A stretch of 64,000 bases of DNA from Vicinamibacteria bacterium (GTDB lineage: Bacteria; Acidobacteriota; Vicinamibacteria; Vicinamibacterales; CAVVIG01), in assembly GCA_041485905.1 (NCBI GenBank), contig JBGPKK010000003.1:2042-66041 (forward strand). The letters are read 5' to 3'. The notes under the pieces are model-generated. The model was not told the DNA's origin. It saw nothing but the letters and a program-made list of their open reading frames with translations, and did no database searches. A program made the position numbers and the translations under genes. How positions within the stretch are numbered: the stretch's first letter is position 1; each line of letters begins with the position of its first letter. Of this stretch, positions 53,319 through 62,346 are shown piece by piece.

Positions 53319-54811
53319 CCCTGGCCTCCCAGGAGGGTCCCTTTCAGGCGGGAGACCAGCGGCCGCAGGGGATCGAGCGAAAACCCTTCGAACTGGGGAA
53401 TGACCAGAGCTTCATGAGTGCGAAACCGTTCCTTCTCCGCGGTCCGCGGGGCGATGACGGCGATGCCGACAACCGGTCGCGGCTTGGTCCGGCCGAGGCC
53501 GGCCGCCTTCTGGATCTCGCGCAGCTTGCGCCGCAGCCAGATCTCGCTCGCGGTTCCGTAAAACAGCAGCACGCCGTCGCAGGTCGACAGGTTTTCGTCG
53601 TGGAACTCCCGGATCTCGGCTTCGTCGCCCTCGAAGGCCGGTCGAATGGTCTCCAGATGCTCCTCAAACAGCGCGTCCGCCCACGCGGAGACTTGCTGTT
53701 CGTCGCGCTGGTCGTAGACCAAATACAGCCGAGGCAAATCGCCGGACACCGCAGCAACGCTGGTCTCGACGGTCGGTTCCAGCGGCCGCTTCAGCTGATC
53801 GTGAATGACCGTCGTCAGGTCTTCCAGAAACGTCTCGAGCAGGTCCGCGCCCTGGTGAGCCCGCGGATCGAGGCGGAGTCGATCGATGACCTGTCGCTGC
53901 CGCGGATCGGTCACGTCGAGCCCGGGAGGGATCCACAGGATTCGCGAGAACTTCCCCGCCTCGCCCCGTTCGATGGCGAGTTCGTTCTGAATCTCGATGA
54001 GCGACTCCAGGGCGCCTTCCGGGACCAAGCTGTAGTGTTTGCCGATGAGGTGGACTGACATCCGACAGCGCGCCAGATTTTCACGAACCGTCGCCTTCAG
54101 GTCGGAGTCGACCGGCGGCAGCGCCGCCTCCGGGAAAACCGTGTAGCCGTGCTGCAGCAGGTCGCGCCTGATCGCTTCGCGCTGCTCTCTCAAATCACTC
54201 GTGGTCTCCGCAAGAAATACCCCGCCTTTTCCGACTTCGGTTGGCGCCGTCGTCCCTGGCGGGCTTTCCAGCTTCTCGAGCAGCGCGCAGATGTCATGGG
54301 CCAGGTCGTCGAGCTTGATCCAGAAGTCGCGTTGCGCGGACGGTCCGAACACCTCGTCGAGCTCTCGGATTTTTCCGGTCTCGGGATCGATCTTGTAGAA
54401 CTCGTATCCGAGCAACGGTCGCAGTTGGGCGGGCGTGCTGTCGAGCGGGATCGGCGTCTTCAGGACCTTGAAGATTCGTGCCTTGCCGGCCACGGTGAGG
54501 CCGCCCTGTCGCTCGGCAGCCGTCCAAAACTCTGAGAGCTCGCGCAGCGTCCACTCCGACTTGATGTAACGCGGCGAGACAACCGACACGAGGACGGCCA
54601 CGCGCGCCAGTCGTGCGACCAGGGTCTCGGCAAAGAAATCGTTACCCTGCAGTTTGGGATCGCGCCAGATGTGCGGCGACTTGCCCAGCAGCTGCGCAAC
54701 CCGGACTTCCAGGGCGCGATGCAGGTTTGAAACCCATCCTTTCTGTCCCTCGACCAGCTCGACGTTGTCCAGGTGGGCGTAGCTGATGAAGGCATCACCC
54801 TCAAAGTCCAT
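53315..54811 (-). CDS. TIR domain protein with additional DUF4062-like and third TIR-like/flavodoxin-like modules
   Basis: Start MDFEGDAFISYAHLDN (GAGGGGA RBS). SPRYIKSEWTLRELSEF (SxWxxxEL with Glu). Second module VFLAETTSDLREQREAIRRDLLQHGYTV...IGKHYSLVPEGALESLIEIQNELA. Third module LYLVYDQRDEQQVSAWADALF...DGVLLFYGTASEIWLRRKL. Confidence 0.8.
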   Translation of the reverse strand: MDFEGDAFISYAHLDNVELVEGQKGWVSNLHRALEVRVAQLLGKSPHIWRDPKLQGNDFFAETLVARLARVAVLVSVVSPRYIKSEWTLRELSEFWTAAERQGGLTVAGKARIFKVLKTPIPLDSTPAQLRPLLGYEFYKIDPETGKIRELDEVFGPSAQRDFWIKLDDLAHDICALLEKLESPPGTTAPTEVGKGGVFLAETTSDLREQREAIRRDLLQHGYTVFPEAALPPVDSDLKATVRENLARCRMSVHLIGKHYSLVPEGALESLIEIQNELAIERGEAGKFSRILWIPPGLDVTDPRQRQVIDRLRLDPRAHQGADLLETFLEDLTTVIHDQLKRPLEPTVETSVAAVSGDLPRLYLVYDQRDEQQVSAWADALFEEHLETIRPAFEGDEAEIREFHDENLSTCDGVLLFYGTASEIWLRRKLREIQKAAGLGRTKPRPVVGIAVIAPRTAEKERFRTHEALVIPQFEGFSLDPLRPLVSRLKGTLLGGQG

Positions 54812-54960
54812 GCGCGGTTCCCCTCTGGGGTGCTGATTGGAGCGAGCCTCAAAAACCAAGTTTAGGCTAGGCCAAAAGCAGGGACCTGTCCAGCGCGCGG
54901 CCGTGGGCCGCGGCTCGGGTTGACCGGCGGTCGGCCGACGCGCCAAGATCAGGGCCTCCT

Positions 54961-56877
54961 GTGGACGAGCCCACTCAACTCACCGCAACCGCGTTCCAAC
55001 GGGCCGGCCAGGAGCTGCTCCAGCGAAGCGAGCCGCTCGCGGCCTACGACGCGCTCGCCGACGGTCTCCGACAGTTTCCCGGCGATGTCCGCTTGCGACA
55101 GTTAACGGCGCTCGCGCTGGCGCGATCCGGAGCGAGCCAACTCGCGAGCCCGATCCTGCATGAGCTGCTGCGCGAGGGGCACGAGGACGAAGAAACGCTC
55201 GGTCTTCTCGCGCGGACCCACAAGGATCTCTGGGCGGCCAGTATTGACGCCTCGGAGCGACGCCGGCATCTCGAGCAGGCGTCTCACTTCTACCTGGTGG
55301 CCCACCGCGCGTTCGGCGGGATCTGGAGCGGGATCAATGCGGCGACGATGGCGCTGCTGCTCGGTGATGCGCAGACCGCCACGGCGCTCGCCCTGAGCGT
55401 CCGCGAGCAGTGCCGGTTGAATCTACGCGCCGATCCGAGTGCGGGCGACGACTACTGGACGGTCGCGACGCTGGGTGAGGCGGCCCTCATTCTGCAGGAT
55501 TGGCCCCAGGCGGAAGACTGGTACGCGCGCGCGTCCGCGCTTGGCGCCACCCATCTGGGCGACCTGGCGTCCACCCGCCGCAACGCCCGTCTGATCCTCT
55601 GCCACCTCCAGGCCGGCGGCGCCCGCATCGAAGCCTGTCTGCGAATTCCGAACGTCGTTCTGTGCGCGGGTCACCTCATCGACCGTCCTGATCGGACCGA
55701 GCCCCGGTTCCCGCCCGAGCTCGAGCCGGCCGTGCGCTCGGCGATTGGTGACCGGCTTCGAGAGGTGGGCGTCGGGTTCGGATACGCGTCGGCGGCCTGT
55801 GGCGCCGACATCCTGTTCCTCGAGAGCGTGCTCGAGTTGGGCGGCGAAGCCCACGTCATTCTCCCCTATGATCGCGAACGGTTTGTCGAGGACAGCGTCG
55901 ATCTCGGTCCCGGGACCGACTGGATCGGACGATTCGAGCGTGTCCTTGCCGGGGCGCATGACGTGCACACCGCGTCGCATCATCGCATGGGCACCGGTGG
56001 CGTCTCTTACGAATACGGATTTCTGCTGATGGATGGGGCCGCCGCTCTTCGGGCGGATGAGCTGGACACGGAGCTCGTGTGTCTCGCTGTGTGGGACGGC
56101 AAACCTGGCGACGCGGTGGGCGGAACGGCAACTGCGGTCGCGCGGTGGCGGCGGGCGCGCCGCCGCGTCGAGGTCATCGACCTTGCCGAGATCATGCGGC
56201 GCCAGACGCCGTTGATCATCGCGCCCCAGAGCGCTACCCCCGCGCCGGACGCGGACACCGACGCGGGTGTGGCGCCGGGACCGCGCGCGACTGCTTCAAA
56301 CGACGCTGGGCCCGTTTGCGAGCCCGAGATCGTCGGTCTGCTGTTCGCCGACGCTCGGGGCTTCAGCAAGCTGACCGACGCGGACATCCCGATCTTCGTC
56401 GAGCATTACCTCAGCATCGTGGTACGTAAGCTGGAGGCAGTCGAGCAAGAGCCCCTCTTGAGGAACACGTGGGGCGATGGTCTGTATCTCGCGTTCCGGA
56501 ACGTGCGCGATGCCGGAATCTTCGCGCTCGACTTGTGTGAAGCCGTTCGAGACACTGACTGGCAGGCAAAGGGGCTCTCGACCGATCTGAGCCTGCGGAT
56601 CGGTCTTCACGCCGGGCCTGCGTATTCATGCATCGATCCGGTCACCGGCCGTCCCAATATCTTCGGCGCTCACGTGAGCCAGGCCGCCCGCATTGAACCG
56701 ATCACACCGCCCGGTCACGTGTACGCAAGCGGCGCGTTCGCTGCGCTCGCGCGCGCGGACGAAGTGCGGGAGTTCGTGTGTGCCTACGTCGGTCGGACGC
56801 CGCTCGCCAAGAGCTATGGTGCATTCCCGACCTACGTCCTTCATCGTCGGAGGGAGCCGGCCCGTGAGCGCCCGTGA
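54961..56877 (+). CDS. three-module protein: DUF4071 (TRAF-binding/TPR-like) + SLOG-like Rossmann module + class III nucleotidyl cyclase domain
   Basis: aa 1-225: ETLGLLARTHKDLW and GINAATMALLLG (DUF4071-like). aa 230-410: VVLCAGHLIDRPDRTEPRFPPE...ASAACGADILFLESVLELGGEAHVILP...LAVWDGKPGDAVGGTA. aa 456-628: LLFADARGFSKL, WGDGLYLAF, RIGLHAGP, FGAHVSQAARIE (cyclase homology domain). GTG start, no clear RBS. Confidence 0.78.
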   Translation: MDEPTQLTATAFQRAGQELLQRSEPLAAYDALADGLRQFPGDVRLRQLTALALARSGASQLASPILHELLREGHEDEETLGLLARTHKDLWAASIDASERRRHLEQASHFYLVAHRAFGGIWSGINAATMALLLGDAQTATALALSVREQCRLNLRADPSAGDDYWTVATLGEAALILQDWPQAEDWYARASALGATHLGDLASTRRNARLILCHLQAGGARIEACLRIPNVVLCAGHLIDRPDRTEPRFPPELEPAVRSAIGDRLREVGVGFGYASAACGADILFLESVLELGGEAHVILPYDRERFVEDSVDLGPGTDWIGRFERVLAGAHDVHTASHHRMGTGGVSYEYGFLLMDGAAALRADELDTELVCLAVWDGKPGDAVGGTATAVARWRRARRRVEVIDLAEIMRRQTPLIIAPQSATPAPDADTDAGVAPGPRATASNDAGPVCEPEIVGLLFADARGFSKLTDADIPIFVEHYLSIVVRKLEAVEQEPLLRNTWGDGLYLAFRNVRDAGIFALDLCEAVRDTDWQAKGLSTDLSLRIGLHAGPAYSCIDPVTGRPNIFGAHVSQAARIEPITPPGHVYASGAFAALARADEVREFVCAYVGRTPLAKSYGAFPTYVLHRRREPARERP

Positions 56878-56992
56878 GGCTGCGATCTGAACGTCGCGGG
56901 CCGTGCACTGTTCGCCCGACGTTTGACGCCGGCCGTGGATCGCCGCCGCGGTGCCAGCTCGGTGCCGCAAGGTGCTGGAAGGAAAACAACGT

Positions 56993-57796
56993 ATGCGCGT
57001 CACGTTCTGGGGAGTTCGCGGATCCGTGCCCTGGGCAACCCCGTCGTCGATTGGCCACGGTTGCAATACGCCCTGCATCGAGCTGCAGGCCGATTCAGGG
57101 GATCACCTGGTGCTGGACGCCGGATCAGGCATCATGGGTCTGGGCAAGAGGCTGGAGGAGGTCACCCGGCCGATTCCGGTGTTGCTGACCCATTACCACT
57201 GGGACCACCTGCAGGGTCTGCCGTTTTTCGAACCGCTGCATCAGCCGCGCTCAGCCGTAACGTTGTGGACGCCTTGTCTGGAAGGGTACAGCGCCGCGTG
57301 GATCACGACGATCTTCCAGTCACAGTTTTTTCCCGTCCCGTTCGATCAGTTACCGGCGCGGCCGAAATTTGAGGCGGTTCAGCCAGGCCGGCTGAACGTG
57401 GAGTGCTTCGAGGTGCGCGCGATCTCCCTCAACCATCCAGGCGGCGCGTTCGCGTACCGCATTCGCGGCACGGACGGCGATCTTGTATACGCGACCGACC
57501 ACGAGTTGGGCGTCGACGCCTTCGACGACCCACTGCGCGAGTTCATCGCAGGAGCGCGCGCCGTGATCTTCGATGCGCACTTCAGGCCGGACGAAATAGC
57601 CGCTCACCGAGGTTGGGGCCACAGCACGTGGGAGGATGCCGCCAGGTTCAGCGCCGCTGCGAAGGTCGGACGGCTCTGGCTGTTTCATCACAAACCTGGA
57701 CGCACCGACGCGGAGCTGACCGAGATCGAAAGCGACGCCCGGACAATCTTTGCGGCCACCGATGCGGCGTCCGAGGGCGACAGCTTCGACATCTGA
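56993..57796 (+). CDS. MBL-fold metallo-hydrolase (Lactamase_B_2 type)
   Basis: MRVTFWGVRGS, LVLDAGSG, LLTHYHWDHLQGLPFF (HxHxDH), GHST, LFHHKP. GGAAGGA RBS. Confidence 0.85.
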   Translation: MRVTFWGVRGSVPWATPSSIGHGCNTPCIELQADSGDHLVLDAGSGIMGLGKRLEEVTRPIPVLLTHYHWDHLQGLPFFEPLHQPRSAVTLWTPCLEGYSAAWITTIFQSQFFPVPFDQLPARPKFEAVQPGRLNVECFEVRAISLNHPGGAFAYRIRGTDGDLVYATDHELGVDAFDDPLREFIAGARAVIFDAHFRPDEIAAHRGWGHSTWEDAARFSAAAKVGRLWLFHHKPGRTDAELTEIESDARTIFAATDAASEGDSFDI

Positions 57797-58048
57797 CCTT
57801 CGAGCACCAACGCCTCCAGCTCGGGGGCGGGTACCGAACTCCTGCGTCACCTGATGAGTTCGTCGGCGTGACTCCTCCGAGAGGCGCGATCGGATCATGG
57901 ACGCCTCCGCGAAGCCGATCGTCCTTGACAACCGCTCAGAGGCAAGGATAATCGGCGCTGAGTGTCGTGCACGCTGTTGGTCACGGCGCTATCGTCCGAC
58001 ATCCGCAGACGGCGGATGCGGCCGCTGCCGCAACAGAAGGAGACTGGT

Positions 58049-58453
58049 GTGAGCACGCTCACCGGCTTGATCGATCGACCACCTCTCCTGCTGCGCCGCG
58101 CGCTCCTCGCCGACGCTGTGGCCAGTGGCGGCGTCGGCCTCTTGATGATCGCCGGTGCCGTTCCGCTCGAAGGGCTGCTGGGGATACCGGCGGCGCTGCT
58201 GCGCGGGGCTGGCCTCTTTCTGGTGGTCTACGTGGCCTTCGTCGTCTATGTGGGCACGCGCACCACCATTTCGGCGCCGGGCGTGTGGACGGTCGTCGCC
58301 GCCAACGCACTATGGGCGGCCGGCAGCGTTCTGCTGCTGATCTCTGGATGGATCCAGGCGACTGCGCTCGGCTTCGCTTTCGTTCTCGCCCAGGCACTGG
58401 TCGTCGCGCTGTTGGGCGGGTTGGAGTACAGTGGCCTGAGGGCGACGGCTTAG
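58049..58453 (+). CDS. hypothetical membrane protein (four hydrophobic helices)
   Basis: GTG 58049 lies 5 nt after AAGGAG. Helices include GVGLLMIAGAVPL, GLFLVVYVAFVVYVG, VWTVVAANALWAAGSVLLLI, LGFAFVLAQALVVALLGG. Confidence 0.5.
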   Translation: MSTLTGLIDRPPLLLRRALLADAVASGGVGLLMIAGAVPLEGLLGIPAALLRGAGLFLVVYVAFVVYVGTRTTISAPGVWTVVAANALWAAGSVLLLISGWIQATALGFAFVLAQALVVALLGGLEYSGLRATA

Positions 58454-58583
58454 AATCGGAGAACGCGGGTCAGCTTCATCACGAACCGGCGATTCAGCGC
58501 GTCCCGAAACCTGCGACTCCCAGGTCGCGCCCCTTCGCGTACACGACAGAGATCGCTGCCGGAGCTCACAGCGTACCGCTATC

Positions 58584-61500
58584 ATGCGCGCGTTTCACTC
58601 CCGTCCGATGCGGTCTCGCTTTGCGCCCCCCAGGTCGCGTGCCTTCCTCGTCTCGCTCGCGCTGATGGTGTTCGCGGCGCGGCTCGCCGCCGGTGAGCCG
58701 CAGCAGCCGGCACGCTCGAAACCGATCGCGGCCGGTGCGCAGGGGAAGATCGTGCTCATTCAGGGGCATGTCGACTCGGCGCTGGCGAGCGATCAGGAAA
58801 AGTGGGATACGGCGAAGCTGTTTCAGCCACTCTTCGTCAGCGACCGCGTGCGGACACTGACCGCGAGCCGCAGCGCGATTCTTTTCGTTGACGAAACCCA
58901 GGTGAAGCTCAACGGCGGCGCGGTTCTCACCGTGCAGCAGATCAAAACCGCCGGCGGCACGTCGACGACCCTCGGTCTGCTCGAAGGCGAAGGGTGGTTC
59001 CGCACGAAGAACCCGGCGAGCGGGCTGACGATCAGGACGCCGACGGCCGCTGCCGCCATCCGCGGCACCGAAATTAACCTGGCGATTCGCGGTCAGAACA
59101 CGGTGCTCACCGTCACTGAAGGGGCTGCGGAATTCTCCAACGACGCCGGGTCGCTGCTCGTCACTGCCGGCGAGGAAGCGACGGCGACTCCGGGACAGCC
59201 GCCCACCAAGCGCGTGCTGCTCAATCCGGAAGACGCCGTGCAGTGGGTCCTGTATTATCCGACGCGCGCGGCCTGGCACGATCTGCCCATGGCCGCACAG
59301 GCCGGTCCGGCGCGCGCAGGATTCGATCGCATGAAGGCCGGCGATGCCGCGGGCGCGCTCGCCGCGTTTCAGCCGGTGGTGACCGCCGACATCTGGGCGC
59401 GCATCGGCGCCGCGATGGCGCACGAGCAGCTCGGCGACGCGGCGCTAGCGCGCTCGCTGCTGATGGCCGGGACCGCAACCGGAGAGGCCGAGGTGGAGCG
59501 CCGGACCGAGCTGGCGGCGGCAGCGCTGGCGATGGGCGATGCGGGCGCGGCGCGCACGGAGATCGAGGCGGCCCGCGCGCTCGATTCGACGGCGGCGCGT
59601 CCGCTCGCGCTCCTCTCCGCGCTCGAGCTCACGCAGAACCACAAAGAGGAAGCGGCTGCGGCCGCGCGGTCCGCCGTCGCCGCGGATCAAGACTCTGTGG
59701 CGGCGCACGTCGCGGCAGCCGAAGCCGCGCAGGCGGCTTTTGATCTGGAGGCGGCGCGGCGCGAGCTGGACACGGCGCTGGCGATCGATCCGGCCGACAC
59801 CCGCGCACTGGTCGATCGCGCGCGCATCCGCTTCGGCGTCGCTGATACGGCCGGCGCGCGACAGGATGCCGACCGGGCGGTGGCGATCGCGCCGGCCGAT
59901 GCCCAGGCTCGATCGCTGCTCGGCTTCATCGAGCTCGCGGACGGGGCGGGGGATGCGGCGCGAGTGGATTTCGAAGCCTCTGTCGCGGCCGACGCGGCGC
60001 TTGGCGAGCCGCATCTCGGTCTAGGCCTCCTCGACTTCCGCCACGACCAGATCGACGATGGGCTGCTCGAAATGCTCACCGCGACGCTGCTCGAGCCAAA
60101 GGTGTCGCTCTATCAGAGCTATCTCGGCAAGGCGTACTACCAGCTTCGACGTTTTCCTGAAGGGCTCGCGGCGCTCACGACGGCCAAGCGGCTCGATTCG
60201 CGCGACCCGACGCCGTGGCTGTACACCAGCCTGTTCCTGCGCGATCTGAACCGCCACATCGCAGCACTCGACGAGCTCCGACATGCCATTGCCCTCAACG
60301 ACAACCGCGCGGTGTATCGAAGCCGGCTGCTGCTCGATCGGGATCTGGCCACGAAGAACGTCAGTCTCGCCCAGCTGTACAACCAGCTTGGGTTCGAGGC
60401 GTGGGGCGCGTCCGAAGCGCTCAACTCCCTGAACGCGGACCTCACCAACGCCAGCGCCCATCTGTTCCTCTCGCAAACGTACGGCAACTTGCCCGATCGC
60501 ACGCAGGCGCTCGGCAGCGAGCTGCTGCAGTACTTTCTGTACGCACCAGTGAATCTCAACTCGTTCAATAATTTCAGCGAATACACGGCGCTCCTCGAAC
60601 AGCCGCTCAAGCAGGCGCTCGTCACCTCCGGCGGGGGCAACGACGGATACGCGACCACAGACGTCACCACCCGCTCGGGTAACCAGCGGTTTGCGCACGT
60701 CGCGTTCCTCGACTACAGCCGTCGCGACGGCCCGCGGATCGACGGCTCCGATCACCGCGTGCAGGGGTTCGCGCAGGGGAAGGTGGCGCTTGGCGCGGCG
60801 AGCGACCTGTTCTTCAGTGTCACGGGCGTCAAGAATACTCGCGGGCAGAGCAACGATGTGACGCGCACGATCGGCACGTTCCCGAATGTGGTGCTGGTCA
60901 ACGAAATCCGGGAGAGCCGCGACGCCACCTTCACGCACCGCGACGACACGGCCGAGGCGACGCTGGGATTCAAGCACCTATGGCGGCCAGGCTCGGCGTT
61001 CACCGCGGCGACGGCCTTCAGTTACCTGGGAAGCTCGGACGAAGATCCGGAGGCGATCACGTCGGCATGTCAGGGTTTCGATCTCAGCCAGTTCTTCTCG
61101 CATTCATCCTCGCGGCTCACCTATCCGTATCACTCGTATACCCTTCAGGCGCAGCAAGCCACGCGGATTGGGCGACATCAGATACTCTTCGGGACCGAGT
61201 TCTCTCACCGTAACAAGACGTTCAGCTGCCACGAAGATATCCTGTTCGACCCCACTGGCGAGCTCGTGGCGCACTTGGACAACGAGTCGAGCGCGACCGA
61301 GCACGTGGCCTCAGGCTACGTGCGCGACGACATCGAGCTCGGGCGTCGCGTACATGCGACCGTCGGCGCCCGGTACGAAAATGGCCTGTACGGAGACGTG
61401 CAGCAGACGTTCGACGATTTCACCTTCGGGCGCTGGAATCCGTACGCCGGGCTGTCAGTTCGACTCTCGTCGGCCACTGTGATTCACCTGGCGGGATTCC

Positions 61501-62153
61501 GGAACACAAATTCCGACTTCCTCAGTGCCAAGATCTCGCCGCCGACGGTCGCGGGGTTCGTCTTCGAGCGCAACGAGCTGCCAACCGCGCAGCGTGATGA
61601 AGCCGACCTCGCGGTACAGAACGCGTGGGGGCGATCGTTTGTGGAGGCCCGTGTGTTTCGACACAAAACGGTGGCGCCCGCCTTCCTGCGAGTCCCCCAG
61701 GGCCTGCCGGCGTCTTTCGCCAGCCTGACGCCGGATGCGGACTTCCGCGCCACCGGCTTCAGCTCGTTTTTCAATCAGATTCTCGGGTCGCGAGCCGGTC
61801 TGTTCGCCGATGAGCAATTCATTCGCAGGCGGGCGGTGCTGTTCGATCGGGACGACAATCAGATCGGCGTCGGCGTCAACTACATCCACCCGCGCGGTCT
61901 GTTCGTGCGGATCAGCGCCCGGTCCCTGACGCAGCGCTTCTCGAGAACGACGGTCACGGATCTGCCGGAAAGCTCCTTCGTTCTCGCTGACACCGAGCTC
62001 AAGTACGAGTTCGCGGGCAAACGCGGGCTTCTCACCTGCAGTGTCACGAACCTGTTCAACCGCGGCTTCCACGCGGTGATCGAAAACCTCGCCGTCGAGC
62101 AGCCGCTGCCGCAACGACGGATGTCGATCACGCTGCGCTGGAGAATCGGATGA
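58584..62153 (+). CDS. FecR-domain / TPR / C-terminal beta-barrel outer-membrane-type protein (1189 aa)
   Basis: Signal peptide. FecR-like segment (GKIVLIQGHVDS...VKLNGGAVLTVQQ...TPTAAAAIRGTEINL...VTEGAAEFSN). Ala-rich TPR region. C-terminal half has a beta-strand-rich pattern ending ITLRWRIG. Confidence 0.72.
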   Translation: MRAFHSRPMRSRFAPPRSRAFLVSLALMVFAARLAAGEPQQPARSKPIAAGAQGKIVLIQGHVDSALASDQEKWDTAKLFQPLFVSDRVRTLTASRSAILFVDETQVKLNGGAVLTVQQIKTAGGTSTTLGLLEGEGWFRTKNPASGLTIRTPTAAAAIRGTEINLAIRGQNTVLTVTEGAAEFSNDAGSLLVTAGEEATATPGQPPTKRVLLNPEDAVQWVLYYPTRAAWHDLPMAAQAGPARAGFDRMKAGDAAGALAAFQPVVTADIWARIGAAMAHEQLGDAALARSLLMAGTATGEAEVERRTELAAAALAMGDAGAARTEIEAARALDSTAARPLALLSALELTQNHKEEAAAAARSAVAADQDSVAAHVAAAEAAQAAFDLEAARRELDTALAIDPADTRALVDRARIRFGVADTAGARQDADRAVAIAPADAQARSLLGFIELADGAGDAARVDFEASVAADAALGEPHLGLGLLDFRHDQIDDGLLEMLTATLLEPKVSLYQSYLGKAYYQLRRFPEGLAALTTAKRLDSRDPTPWLYTSLFLRDLNRHIAALDELRHAIALNDNRAVYRSRLLLDRDLATKNVSLAQLYNQLGFEAWGASEALNSLNADLTNASAHLFLSQTYGNLPDRTQALGSELLQYFLYAPVNLNSFNNFSEYTALLEQPLKQALVTSGGGNDGYATTDVTTRSGNQRFAHVAFLDYSRRDGPRIDGSDHRVQGFAQGKVALGAASDLFFSVTGVKNTRGQSNDVTRTIGTFPNVVLVNEIRESRDATFTHRDDTAEATLGFKHLWRPGSAFTAATAFSYLGSSDEDPEAITSACQGFDLSQFFSHSSSRLTYPYHSYTLQAQQATRIGRHQILFGTEFSHRNKTFSCHEDILFDPTGELVAHLDNESSATEHVASGYVRDDIELGRRVHATVGARYENGLYGDVQQTFDDFTFGRWNPYAGLSVRLSSATVIHLAGFRNTNSDFLSAKISPPTVAGFVFERNELPTAQRDEADLAVQNAWGRSFVEARVFRHKTVAPAFLRVPQGLPASFASLTPDADFRATGFSSFFNQILGSRAGLFADEQFIRRRAVLFDRDDNQIGVGVNYIHPRGLFVRISARSLTQRFSRTTVTDLPESSFVLADTELKYEFAGKRGLLTCSVTNLFNRGFHAVIENLAVEQPLPQRRMSITLRWRIG

Positions 62154-62346
62154 CCAGCGAACGTCGGTCGGAACCTGCCAGGTGACCGGCCGGAGCGGCG
62201 TTGAACAGCTGCGACAGTTCTTCTTTCCGGCCAAGGCCGTCGTTCATCCACTGCCTTACGTGCTGATCGCGGCGCTCGGCGTCGCATTCGGTCTCGGGCT
62301 TGGCGCGCTCTCACTTTCGCAGCGCCTCGAGTGGGCTCTCTACGAC

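Noticed and set aside
50823-53417. 864-aa plus-strand ORF opposite the STAND NTPase gene (similarly 18748-20682 opposite the RND pump, 3529-4572, 31530-32390, 41875-42789 and 62419-63639)
   Set aside because: All are antisense or out-of-frame overlaps of genes with strong motif support. Their sequences are low-complexity and Arg-rich, with no P-loop or other signatures. Treated as GC-driven artefacts.
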